This document shows positions 51,590 to 63,350 of a DNA stretch of 64,000 nt, piece after piece. The DNA is from Epiperipatus broadwayi (taxonomy: Eukaryota; Animalia; Onychophora). Position 1 is the stretch's first letter. Every line of letters starts with the position of its first letter. The translations under genes were made by a program, and so were the position numbers. The notes under the pieces are model-generated. The model was not told the origin of the DNA, ran no database searches, and saw only the letters and a list, made by a program, of their open reading frames with translations. The stretch covers positions 8,060,001 through 8,124,000 of the forward strand of contig JAQFVV010000002.1 of NCBI GenBank assembly GCA_028023455.1. The letters are read 5' to 3'.

Positions 51590-52245
51590 TAATTTCATCA
51601 CTAAGCGCTTTCAGAGACCCTGTTGCTCCATAATCATAGTCTCTATATTGTAAACGTTATTATATGCAAATGTGAGCAAAAATATTTCTTATACTATCCA
51701 TTTTCTGGAAATAGCAAAACAAGTAAAATTTTACAGAAAGAATTTAAACTAGGATTTAGAATCCCTCCAAACACCAATAGGCTTATTAATAATACAAAAG
51801 ATAGAAGAAACCCCCCAGGTAGTATATAGAATTGTGTGTCCTCAAATGAGGTGTGATGCTATTTATTATGGAGAAACTCATGCCACAGTTGGCAATAGAT
51901 TGGCTCAACACAAATACATTTATACAAGAGCAACAACCAAAAAAATAAGGCAGCTCTGTATTTGCTGACCATCAGCAAGATCTCAACCACAGATTTGAAC
52001 CCCCCAAGGCGGATATATTATGCACAGAAAGGAATGACATCAAGAGGAACTATTAAGAAGGCTTGTTTTATCACCAGTGATGTCAAATCAATTAATAGAA
52101 AAGACACTTGTTTTGCCATTTCCAGAAAATGGATAGTATAAGAAATAATTTTGCATACATTTGCATATAATAACATTTATAATATAGAGACTATGATTAT
52201 GGAGCAACAAGGGCTCTGAAAGCACTTAGTCTGATGAAATTATAA
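51590..52245 (+). mobile_element. Penelope-like element 3' fragment (GIY-YIG endonuclease) with inverted pseudo-LTR
   Basis: FRIPPNTNRLINNTKD...VVYRIVCPQMRCDAIYYGETHATVGNRLAQHK...SINRKD. Inverted arms at 51590-51724 and 52106-52243. Confidence 0.88.
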
Positions 52246-52359
52246 TATATATATAAAATCTACAAATTATTATATAAAAGTTTCACTTCAAAGCAGTAGC
52301 GTATTATTAATTACAAAGTAAAGGTGAAATAAAAATTTGTTATTACTATATATTTGATA

Positions 52360-52620
52360 AATATACAAAAAAATTAGTATTGAAACTAGCATAAAAAAAA
52401 AAGGCCCATGATTGTACACATTTATATCGCGAATTATCTGCATTTTTTGATATAATGTGAATTTGGATTGATTATTTGAATTAAGTGATATGAGACAAAG
52501 ATAAACATATTTTGGAAATATAATGACCTGATTTAGATTTTTCTATAATTTCTTGTCTGCATTTTAATAATAGTAAAAATACGCAAATACTAAAAGTAAC
52601 GATTTTGACAGTATATATAT
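52360..52620. repeat. ~260-bp direct repeat, copy 2
   Basis: Matches the blocks listed for copy 1 at 48640-48900. Confidence 0.85.
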
Positions 52621-53369
52621 AAAAACTACAAACATATGTGGTATCTCAAGTTTAACTCTATAATGAATTTAGTATTTCATTCACTTTTTATTTTATTTTG
52701 AATATAGTGACTATTTTAGTAGTACTTTTTAATAAATTACAAACTATATTGAAGTTCTTTATTATAATAATCAAATTATACTAATTATTGATCAATATTA
52801 ACTACTTGTTATATGGGATGTTTTTAGGAATGACTTATACATTGCAAATCCTTGTATGGAAATACATTTTGAAGGGCTACTGAGAAAACTGAAAGGTACT
52901 AATGTCTTTATTCTATGAAGTTTTCAAGTGATGGATTACCTTAGATAAGTGTTATTATATACTAATTTTTTAGAAATTTTATGATGAATCCAACTAACCT
53001 ACTAACAAAAATATAATTTTAAGTTGCATGCATGATAATTTACGATTTATGAAATAATATGAAAATAATTATTAGAAATATTAAGTTTTATTCATTTTTT
53101 TATTACTTTGAATATCAATAACTATATTTTTTTCAGTTTAATTACATTCTTTGGTGTTTAATCTTTAAAACAATATATATTAAATCATTTTTTATTAATA
53201 AAACTTAAAAGTTATGATAAAATTTGTGGGTTAGCATTATCTTTTTAAATATTCAATATAGCTTCTTGCAAGTGAAAAGGTTATAACTGATTGGTAGCCC
53301 GTGTTATCTTTAGTCCACTTTGCAATAGTTTTACTATTGACTAATTCTAATTTCTATTGGTCCACCTAA

Positions 53370-54560
53370 TTTACAAAACCATCATTATCGGCTTTTCCTG
53401 TTGCATCAGCATGTTTTATTTGATTCTCATTTTTAAAATGAAGTTACCAGTGGACCATTCTAGCGCATAAATAACCGTGCTGCCTCTTTTTACTTTGAAA
53501 AATTCCTAATAAAGGTCGGTGAACAGTTATTATTTTAAAAGATTTTACCATATAAACAATGAAGGAATTTTTAATACCTGTTATGATCAATGCCTTTTTT
53601 GTTCAATTGGCTGCAAGCTCTTTCAGGTTTGTCATTGTTCAGGACATGAAAGCTATCAGATACTTTTCACCTTCCGAGGGATGACTTACCAGAGCTCCAA
53701 TTCTGTAATCCGATGCAGCTATTTTACTTCATGTCTTTCTAAAAATTCACTTCCAGTTACTTCTTAATTCAACCCATACAAACACACACTTTTTTTTCTC
53801 TTTTTCCCACATTTTACAGAAGTGCACTAAAAATTTGTTAGTTATTAATGCTAATTTTATCCAGCATTCATTTTTCAGAAGTAAATTGTATAATGGAGTA
53901 ACAACATGAGCTTTACCTTTTAAAAAATTCCGAAAAAATTTATCAGTCATAGGAAAACATGCAATTCTTTCACATTGTTTGGTCTCTGCATGTTCTTAAT
54001 TGCTTTCACTTTCTACAAATCACTTTATTCCTGATATTGTAACAATGTGACCCAGAAACTTAATCTCTTTTGCATTCCACATGCATTTCTCAGAATTCAG
54101 TTTAGCTCCAAAACTTGAGAGATGCTCACATATATTATTAACTTTATTTTTTAATGATTCCTCTGAATTAGCCGTAACAAATCCAAAAGAAAGACGGTTA
54201 TATTTAAGCAAGCCTTTAGGAGATGTGATCGTCAGCAATCTTGTAGTTTCTTCAGATGTGGATATTTGGTGAAAAGCAGCGTTTAACAGCTTTGGAAAAA
54301 TTTTTGCCCCGCCTAAATTAATTAATAATTGTCTTACATTTGGGACAGGGTACGGGCTTTTATCTATGTCTCTGTTTATAGTTACTCTACAGTCCTCATA
54401 AATACAAATTTGTCCATTGGACTTTGTCATAATAACTATAGACGTGGCCCATCTGAATTTTCAACAGGCCTCAATACTCCATTATTTACCAAATTATCTA
54501 AAGTTTCTTCAACTTTTGCTTTTTTGCGCAAATGGTATTTTTTGTGGCTTACAATGGACA
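53370..54560 (-). pseudogene. Mag-like RT and RNase H remnant
   Basis: KAKVEETLDNLVNNGVLRPVENSD, DCRVTINR...PYPVPNVRQLLINLGGAKIF, KGLLKYNRLSFG, LNSEKC...IKFLGH, KVKAIKNMQRPNNVKEL, ASDYRIGA, and ITVHRPLLGIF. Confidence 0.92.
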
Positions 54561-54631
54561 GGTTTTAAGCCTTCCTGAAGCTCTATGCGGTGAAGTATTG
54601 ATTATTCCCTGCTCATGTCAAAATAATTTGG

Positions 54632-54738
54632 GGAATTAGCCGAGAGGTATCGCAGCCGCCATGCAAGCAAGTAGTTGGTTGCAGACGGTTGTGGGTTCGC
54701 GTCCCGGCCAATGCTATGACACATGGAAAAAAAAAAAA
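54632..54738 (+). mobile_element. tRNA-derived SINE
   Basis: A-box-like TAGCCGAGAGG (54637-54647), B-box-like GGTTCGCGTCC (~54694-54704), and an A12 tail at 54727-54738. Confidence 0.6.
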
Positions 54739-54892
54739 TCATTCTCTACTAATATTTTATGACAAATAAATTAAACTTTTTCTGCCTATTATTTACATCA
54801 ACTACAGAAATAATGACATTTCCATTCGCATCATTAGCTTTAATTTTTGTTCTAGTCAATTGAGGACACTCATTCCTTTGCTTATTCTGGCC

Positions 54893-57800
54893 CAGGGGTC
54901 AACAAACTATGGCTCATGAGTCATGTGGCTCTTCAGTAATGTCTATATTTTTCCTCAGGGCCTAATCGGACCACACATTCAAAAAAAAAAAATTGCAAAT
55001 ACCGAAGTAAAAAAATCATGAGATAAAGATAAAAACAGGACAAATCCGGGACATATAGACCTCCTATTTTGTAGTAAAATGGAAAATAAAATTATCATAG
55101 TTTCAATTTATAAAATTTTTAAATGATTTTATTAAATGATTTTATTAATGTAATCATGATTTTATTTGTTTTATAAGTACAGCAAAACTTCACGATTAAT
55201 AAGTCAGCACACAGTTGCCCTCTAGTGGACAAGAAAAAGGTTTGCAATGGTAAATGTGAATATGCATAATCTAGAAGAGGAACATAAAATTATTTTTTGT
55301 GTAGTTGTGCAAATGTGGATATAATGTGTTAAATAAAATACAATATTTAAAATGTTTTTCAACATGACTACAAAGAAAAGACTGAGAAAAACATTAGATG
55401 AGCATCGTGAACTCGGAGAGCCTTCCAACTTATTTTATTTATCAAGAAACGCTGGCACAAAACAAGAAGTATGATTTAGAGAAACTTCACGGCAAAACAT
55501 ATCACATTTGCCATAAAATATCCTGTCAATGACTCAAGAAAAAGAGCAATTGAAGAACTTCAGAAAAATATTAAAAAATCAAGTTTTGTATTTGATTACT
55601 GGAGACAATCTGCCAATAATGTTACAATAGCAAGCTTTGTAGTAACTTAGGAAATCGCTAAGAGAGAAAAACCATTCACAGATAGTAAGTACTTAAAATG
55701 TTGTTTTGTTAAAGCATCTAAAGAACTTTTTTGTGATTTCAAAAATAAAACAAAGAGATTTTAAATAAAATTAAAAACATGCCACATGGCCAACCAACAA
55801 ATTAAGGACATTAAATTATCTTCAGCTTTATCTATTGCAATGGATGAGTCTTGCGACATCAAAGGCACAGTCCAAATTTCCCTTTACAAGTGATATATAT
55901 CATCTGAGGGTCCATGGGAAGAACTTTTAGGATTATTGCCACTCGAGGGCCAAACACGAGAAGAGGACATAGAAAAGACTGACAATGAATGCATGGGAAA
56001 AAACTGATAAAATTGTATCAATTGCAACTAATGGGGCAAAAATTTTGTATGATGGGATCGAAAAAGGGTTTGTTTCAATTTTAAAAAAATAATCATAAAG
56101 TGATTACTTTCCACTGTATACTTCATTAGGAAACACTTCATGCACAAACATTTCCAAAAGAAATCATTAAAGTTATGGACTTAACCATCGGCAATTTAAA
56201 GAGTTGCTACGTGAAATGGAGAGTGAGTATTCAGACCTCCAATATAACAGGGTTAGATGGCTTTCCAGAGACATGTCAAAACAATGTGCATAAATGAAAT
56301 CAAACTATTTATTGACAACAAGGGCATTCAATATTTAGAATTAACAGAAGATCAGTGATTTCAAAAATTGTATTTCATGGTGGATGTTACAGCACAACTG
56401 AATCAGCTCAATCGTAAATTACAAGGTATGGGAAATACTGCTTTTTCAATGGTAGAAGAAATTATTTTGTTTGAAAAGAAAATGACTACTAACCAAGACC
56501 CAGAATTCAATCCAAAGAAGCAGAATCCAATTAGTATCAACAAATAAGAATCATAGTAAACCCTGAAGGTCTTTTATAATTAGATGGGTTGAACAGATAT
56601 TGTGAACATTTGCAGCCACAGGAGGCTGGTAATGATTACAGACTTTCAGCTCTATTGACCTTAGTGTGCAATGTGATATGGACAAATGTGTGTACTCATG
56701 TTGTGCAAGTAAATATGGCTTGATTACAGATTACAACGAATCCACTGTTGCATTGGTGGGCATGGGTCTGCACTCCTCTTCTTTTCCTCATGTATGTTGG
56801 GGGTGTTCATGAGGGGCTTGGTTCATTTGTGGGGGTGGTCGGCCATCATTGCCAAGCCCGGGTGAGGGTCACTGCCCTCCATTCAACTATGCCCTGAGAG
56901 GCTGCTGCACCGCCTTGATGGATTGTTTAAGGACAGTGTTGATTTGAGCTCATTATTATTTTTGTTTCCTTAGTTAATTTTAAAATTAGAGCATTTGTAA
57001 GGTGGTTGGTCTGCTTTGGGCCACTGATATATTTTGTAGCTTTGATGGAGTTTTTGCTGCAATAATTTTGCAGGCATGGGTCTGCACTCCTCTTTTCTTC
57101 CTCAGGGGTGGTGGCAGTCGTTGGGGGCCTGGTTTATTGGTGCAGGCTGTTGACAATTTATTGCCGCTACCTGGAAAACCTGCCAGGAGGGTACCTGGTC
57201 AAAGTCTCAGTGCCATTCTTGCTCTAGTCGGCTGCTGTGCCCTTGATAGGTTGGTTTTGGGCAGAGCAGATCTGTACTTGTTATTTGTTAGATTTTCCCT
57301 AGTTGGCTTTCCAATTTTGGGCAGGTAGACCGAATGTGGTCCCTGCACATTTGGACTGTTAATTGGGAGAAAGAGGTACCTATAATGGTCTTGACTGCGG
57401 GTCAAGAGTTTATTATCCATGTACAGATACACATTAATCAAAATTATAGTAACCCTTTTATGAATATAATTGTTATCGAGCATATGCACTTTATATAAAC
57501 CTGGTCAATAATTGTTTTACCATGTAACATTAAACACTTTGTAATGCTAAACGGGTAAGTGTACCCAAAAATTTTTGTAATCTTTTAATTAATAAAGGTT
57601 ACTTTTGAGAAAAAAAAAAAAGAAATTGATTCTATTTACTGAAGATTTAGAGAGGGGAACTTTAGTTCATTTCCCAAACTTGCTCAATATTGTCGAGAAA
57701 ACAATGCCCTCATTAACAAAGATTATTTTAAGACAATTTTAAATATGAGAGAATAAGATTTCAGGAATTTAGAAACAATAAAGCAACTCTAGCTTTTATT

Positions 57801-58454
57801 ATGAATCCTCTTATTGCTAATGTGAGAGAATTAAAATTTTCACCATTTAATATCGATGCGGGTAATTTTAAAGTACAATTGCTGGCCTTGACAAGCAAAG
57901 ATTTATGGAGCTCCAAATTTGTTATGGAAGAACTGAAAAAAGAAAAATGTAGTCTGCTTTCGCAGAACCAGCAGAATGCTATAAAAAACCTACAGAAGGC
58001 ACACTATGATTTTTACTACTTGGAATAGTCTTCCAGATTCATATCATGAATTGAAAAAATTTGCATTTGGTATTCTCAGTATCCTTGGATCTACATACTT
58101 AAGTGAATAATCATTTTCTAACATGAATTTTATTAAATGTAAATTGGGAAGCCAAATTACTGATGTCAACTTGGCACCAAGCTTTAAATTAAAAACCACT
58201 AGCTATCAGTCGAATATACAGAAATTTTCTAAGGAAATGCAAGCTCACTGTTCACACTGATTAAAACCAATGCTAGCAATTTTCCATGTGATTTAATCTA
58301 CATTTAATAAAGATGTAATTAATATTATAACTTGTTATAGTATTTCTTTAAATTTTCCTTATTTATAAAAATATATTCATGGCTCTTGAATAATTTTTAA
58401 ATTGTTGTGAGTGCCAGATTTGGCTCTTCCATCTCAAAAGTTTGCAGACCCTTA
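54893..58454 (+). mobile_element. hAT transposon (SPIN/GTF2IRD2/EPM2AIP1-like transposase pseudogene)
   Basis: TIRs caggggtcaacaaact / agtttgcagaccctta. 8-bp TSD ttctggcc (54885-92) / ttctagcc (58455-62). Motifs [34 protein letters not shown], and WNSLPDSYHELKKFAFGILSILGSTYLSE*SFSNMNFIK...SH*. Confidence 0.92.
56486..57617 (+). mobile_element. PolyA-tailed retroposed insertion within the hAT transposase
   Basis: TSD-like aaaagaaaatga (56474-85) / aaaagaaattga (57618-29), AATAAA at 57591, and an A-tail from 57610. Removing the insert restores the reading FEKK-LILFTEDLERG. Confidence 0.75.
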
Positions 58455-58629
58455 TTCTAGCCCAATCCCTATGAGATATGAGAAATATTACATTCATCCT
58501 ATCTATTTCCATTGCTAAGAGTTTGTTTCTTATTTGCGCAGTCAACATTATTTTCTGAAAAGTATTGGTGTTAGCTTTATTTATTTCATAATTTTGCTCA
58601 TCTCGCTTTACACTCAGAAGTTTTCTTTA

Positions 58630-59267
58630 TTTGCAATATTATTTTTAATGCAGCAGACTTTAGCTATTTGGCCACACTTTCTGCAGTTCACATTTTTATA
58701 ATAGCAACTTTGAGCTATGTACCCTGGTTTTTACACAACAGCAGCATTCTAATTTAATCTTTCGTTGATATTCAAACTTATTTGCTTTTAAAATTAGTTT
58801 GGTATCTTCTGCGTTAAATTGATGAAACTCTTTCACCTAACTTAAAACCAACTCATGAGCAATGCATTTGATGGCTTCCACATAAGACAGATTATTAATT
58901 GATATCACAGTTTTTTATCCACCATACTCCACAAAAACTATTCTAACAAGGCTTCCTCCAAATAATTTCCATAAGCACAATTTTTTGCCAAGTTTTAAAG
59001 CAGCATGAAGACAAGCAATATGTTTAGAGGATTCAGGGCTAAAATGATTAGTCAAGCATTTAAGTAACTCTGCATATTGTAAACTTTCAGGGTTTGCAGG
59101 TTCACAAAAGGCAATTTCAATTAGTTTTCAGCTACCAAAAAGGATTTCTTAATATCAACTTTTGGATCATTTACAATAAAGTACCTATCAAGTCTTTGCT
59201 TATATATGGGCTACTTGGAAGGGTTATTAATATCAAATTCCCTGATTCCAAAATGTATTGTTGCCAT
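58630..59267 (-). pseudogene. Mag-like gag remnant with CCHC knuckles
   Basis: MATIHFGIREFDINNPSK*PIYKQRLDRYFIVND, CEPANPESLQYAELLKCLTNHFSP, KNCAYGNYLEEAL, and QSCYYKNVNCRKCGQIAKVC. Confidence 0.85.
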
Positions 59268-59419
59268 GCTATTAGACGGCTAATGATTAAGTTAACTTAT
59301 TCTTTAACATTAACTTCAATTTTAATAAATATTTCCCTCCCTATTTGTGAATTTAAAAATTAATGCTCTGTGACTCTATTGGTTCATAACTGGCCAATTA
59401 ACGTTAAGTATTTGACCTC

Positions 59420-60026
59420 TTAAATTATTGGAGTCGTGGTCTTGAATGAGAATACCAACAAACATACTTAACTAAATAAAAAGACCACTAGAGCAAAATA
59501 ATTTAAGACTTTTTGATGTAAATTTTCAACATTATTATTAGCAGAACATACAAAGTAAGTATATATTTTGTTTAAATTACTTACAAAAGGATTTCGTCCG
59601 AAGGCTTATTTTAAATTATAATTTAGATCGAGGCGGCCTGCAATAAGTCCGTTATTTTATCTTCAGTTGGGATGTAGCTGGTTATTGAGGCTTTTCTGAA
59701 TCCCAATGTTCCTGGGTTGTTTCTGAGTTTCCAAATTAGTCTCTGCTGCTTGGATAAATTTCACTATCATTTATAAGTTTTGAAATAGATCTCGGAAATC
59801 TTTAAAGTTTCTAAATTTTAGATTATCATCCAGGAGGTAATTAATGTTACATAATTATTACTTTTTCCTTATTATTCCCAGAAAGCCCAAGTGATCCATT
59901 TTTAGATTATTTACTAGGTGATAAGTGGTTTTGAGGTAACTTTTTCCCCGCATTAGTAAAGTCTACAACACGTATAATAATTGTAATGTATTTAATGCCA
60001 TTTTAAACTAATCTTGGTCAAACAAT
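59420..60026 (-). repeat. Candidate 5' LTR of the Mag-like element
   Basis: Lies ~150 bp upstream of the gag ATG and is homologous to 43265-43868. Its first ~30 nt (tgaccaagattagt) resemble the sequence right after the PPT at 47126 (tgaccagattagt). No clean TG..CA ends or PBS remain. Confidence 0.6.
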
Positions 60027-60228
60027 AATAATGTAACTGTCCAATAGCATTTAACTAAAACTTTTGGGCAAAAAAATGCCAGCATTTTCATTTATGCAAA
60101 GATATTTATATGCATTTCTCAAATATTGATTATAACTTTATGCAACGGGTATACATTTTTTGTAAATATGTAGTAACAAATTTGAAATACAAAACTATAC
60201 AATTAAACAATTATTAAAAAAAACCTAC

Positions 60229-60288
60229 CTTCTCTGCCAGAACTTTAAGAACAGAAGCCGAATCTTCAAATACAATAAACCCAAAATT
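60229..60288 (-). CDS. G3BP: G3BP / Rasputin homologue, penultimate coding exon (RRM RNP1), 60 nt, phase 0/0
   Basis: ttgtttag / NFGFIVFEDSASVLKVLAEK / gtaggt. It joins in frame to RTLFRGEHRLNVEEKK and matches the G3BP PNFGFVVF...V.KVL motif. Upstream exons were not found in the window. Confidence 0.9.
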
Positions 60289-61705
60289 CTAAACAACAAT
60301 AAAAAAAATTCTGAGTGCAAAAATAAAAAAATGCGATTTTCTACAAATAATAATAGTCGAATAAAAACAAATTTATATATTGTGGGTCAATATACATATT
60401 ATCAACATCTTGATTACACAAACTTTGGAAAAAGGAGGGGTCATATTTACTAATCCATTTTATTCCACTCAAAAAATAAATATTTTTGACAATAACAAAA
60501 AAAAAAGTATGACAATAATGAGATTAACAAAAAAGAAAAACAAATATAATCACTGTATAACTTTAGAAAAATTGAGATAATTATAAAATTAGTGTTAGTA
60601 CACAATTTGATAAAATTTATATCATTCAAAAATATAATATATATAAATTAAAAAGTGAATAATAAAAAATGAAACGTTAATATGTGACGCCTCCCCCAAT
60701 GCTTTAAATATTTAAAATATATAACAAGTCTTCTAAACTCAGCATGATCACAATGGAATAATTCTAGAACTTTGTATTTTTTTTTTTAAAAAGGCCTAAT
60801 TGTAATTGTAGAACTTTGTAATAATTCTCTACAGCTTCAAAAAAAAAAAAAAAAGGTTAACAAAGCTGCAACTTCATTTAATATATATCTATAGAAAGTG
60901 TGTGAACTGAAAATGCCTTCTTATTAATACTTTTAATAAAGTAAAATAAAAACACAATTTTTCATTTCCTAAATTTCTATGTTACAATAAATTTTACTGA
61001 AATGTTCTCACAGTAAACATCACAAGCAATGTGTAATTTTTCCAAAATTCATCAATAATTTTCATTGTAAGAGAATTATGAAGAATATTAAATGTTTTAA
61101 CAAAAAAAATCTATGAAACCAGAGACAACAAAGATTAAAAAACAAACGAACTATCAAATGAATATAAATTATAGTTATAATTAATATAAATTTTTTACTT
61201 TACCAGTCAGTTTTTAAAACTAATAACATTGGCAGCTAATTTTAATTTTTATAATTTTTTTATTTCATTTTTAACGAATTAGTTTGTTTTTGTTATATTT
61301 ATTATTAAGTCCTAAGAAGAATCAGGAAGTGAACAAGAAAAATAAGATTCATCATATTATATGCTAGTTATCAAAGGAAAGAAAATGTTTAAAATGCAAA
61401 TAAAAAAAACATAATGCATGTAATACTTTAATGAGTGATTAATGGAAATAAATGTCTAATTTCTGGAAATTTTTATTATCAGTGAGATTAAAGAAAAAAA
61501 AAATGTTTCAGATTTTTTGAACAGCTGGTTCAATGAATAAAATCTGAGGTTTTTAAAGCAGGTTATCAATACTTTTATTATGAGAAATCAAAAAAAGAAA
61601 CTTCAACATTAGAATTTGGAAATCCTCTCTAATGAAGAATGTTTAAACCAAGTGCTGTAGACAGCATGAGAAAAAAATGCTAGAAGACAAGTTATTATAA
61701 TGAAA

Positions 61706-62565
61706 ATCGGCCTTCTCAAGCTATTGTGCATGCGCTTTTTACGAGTGTTAAAAATAAATGAATACTTTCATTCCTACCACAAGATATAGTATTTATGAAA
61801 GTATAAAATGAATCCACTTATTCTTTCCAACCCAAATGCTTATATATATATATATATAAGCGCTATAAAAATAAATGGTTATTTACATATGTTTAAGTTT
61901 CATTTGAGAGTGACATTTAGTAAATTCTAGATAATTTCGCTGATGTCATTCATTCAGACATCGTAAACAGTAATTTAAAGTGAGTGGTCTATCCTCACGC
62001 TTTCATCTCCAGTACTTAAGATTTGTCCATATATAAGCAATTGGGTTGGAAAGAATAAGTGGATTCATTTTATTCTTTCATAAATACTATATCTTGGGTT
62101 GGGAATAAAAGTATTCATTTATTATTAACACTCGTAAAAAGCGCATGCATAATAGCTTGAGAAGGCTGATCTTTAATGTATTACAATTTATAAAACATAG
62201 CGCTATAAAAACAAATGCTTATTTACATATGTTTAAGTTTCATTTGAGAGTGACGTTTAGTAAATTCTAAATAATTTCGCCGACGTCATTCATTCACACA
62301 TCGTAACAGTAATTTAAAGTGAGCGGTCTATTCTCATGCTTTCATTTCCAGTACTTAAGATTTGCACATATATAAGCATTTGGGTTGGAAAGAATAAGTG
62401 GATTCATTTTATTCTTTCATAAATACTAAATCTCGTGTTGGGAATGAAAGTATTCATTTATTATTAACACTCGTAAAAAGCGCATGCACAATAGCTTGAG
62501 AAGGCTGATCTTTAATATATTACAATTTATAAAACATAGCGCTATAAAAATAAATGCTTATTTAT
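61706..62565. repeat. ~340-bp tandem repeat (2 units + partial) preceded by an inverted ~150-bp head joined through (TA)n
   Basis: agcgctataaaaa at 61859, 62199 and 62538. Region 61706-61850 is the reverse complement of the 3' half of the unit. Confidence 0.9.
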
Positions 62566-63129
62566 ATAATGAAAAGTGGAAAAAAAAAATAACTAGCCTT
62601 TTCAGGATAAGGCCCCCTCCCCCCAAAGATTTTGTTTTGTTTTGATATTTGGTAATATTTTATGTTGTGAATTGTATTTTTCATTGCATATTCTATTTTA
62701 ATTAAATAATCAGATCTTTCAACTATAGTATCAAAATATAGCTTTTATAAAGTTAATGGTTTAACTAATATTCCAGTAAGTTAATTCTATTTAATTAAAT
62801 AATCAGTTCTCTCACTACAGTATCAAATACGAAAAAAAAAAAACCCTTGCTTTTTATAAAGTTTTCTGATTTTTTTTAATTAATATTTTGTGGATTTATT
62901 GTTGATAACATTTTGTATTTTACAAGAAAATTAAATAAATCTAGACATATATTGTATAACATGGTAAAATGATTCTGACAATTATAATTATATTATATAA
63001 TGTGAAACTAATTATTGCACTCTTTCACACAAATGATAAAAATAATATATATCTTTAAAAATATTTAGTGATCAAATATGAAACAATAATTTATATTTGT
63101 CTTCAAAAAAAAAAAAAAGTGAACAATGC

Positions 63130-63350
63130 CATTTGCACACATTCACTCTATTTCCAATTGCGCACATAAGAACTATATTCACTATTACTGTTCAACTTCA
63201 TAAATAAAATCACTAATGTCTTAAGATTCCTAAGAAATATCCAAATATCAGTCTTTTATTCCTTCTCTAGATATGTTTCTCAATTTGTTTCATCAAAAAT
63301 ATCCATAGATTTCAAATTCTCAAAACTGATATGATTTCCAATATGCACAA
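63130..63350 (-). mobile_element. Possible Penelope GIY-YIG C-terminal remnant
   Basis: Minus frame GNHISFENLKSMDIFDENKLRNISREGI resembles the H.F.FEN..IL..E...R...E..I tail. It is short and degenerate. Confidence 0.3.

Larger units (their letters stand above)
43265..60026 (-). mobile_element. Decayed Mag-like (K02A2.6-type) Ty3/Gypsy element, fragmented by nested insertions, inside the last G3BP intron
   Basis: Collinear minus-strand pieces: candidate 5' LTR ~59420-60026, gag 58630-59267, PR around the hAT site, RT/RH 53370-54560, INT 47150-48240, PPT ~47127-47138, and candidate 3' LTR pieces 47085-47126 and 43265-43868. Outer boundaries are approximate. Confidence 0.75.

Noticed and set aside
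61930-61985. Hammerhead ribozyme in the 340-bp repeat (gatgtc/gacatc hairpin with cgaaa on minus)
   Set aside because: The core needs insertions on both sides, stems I and III are not convincing, and the second unit breaks the hairpin.
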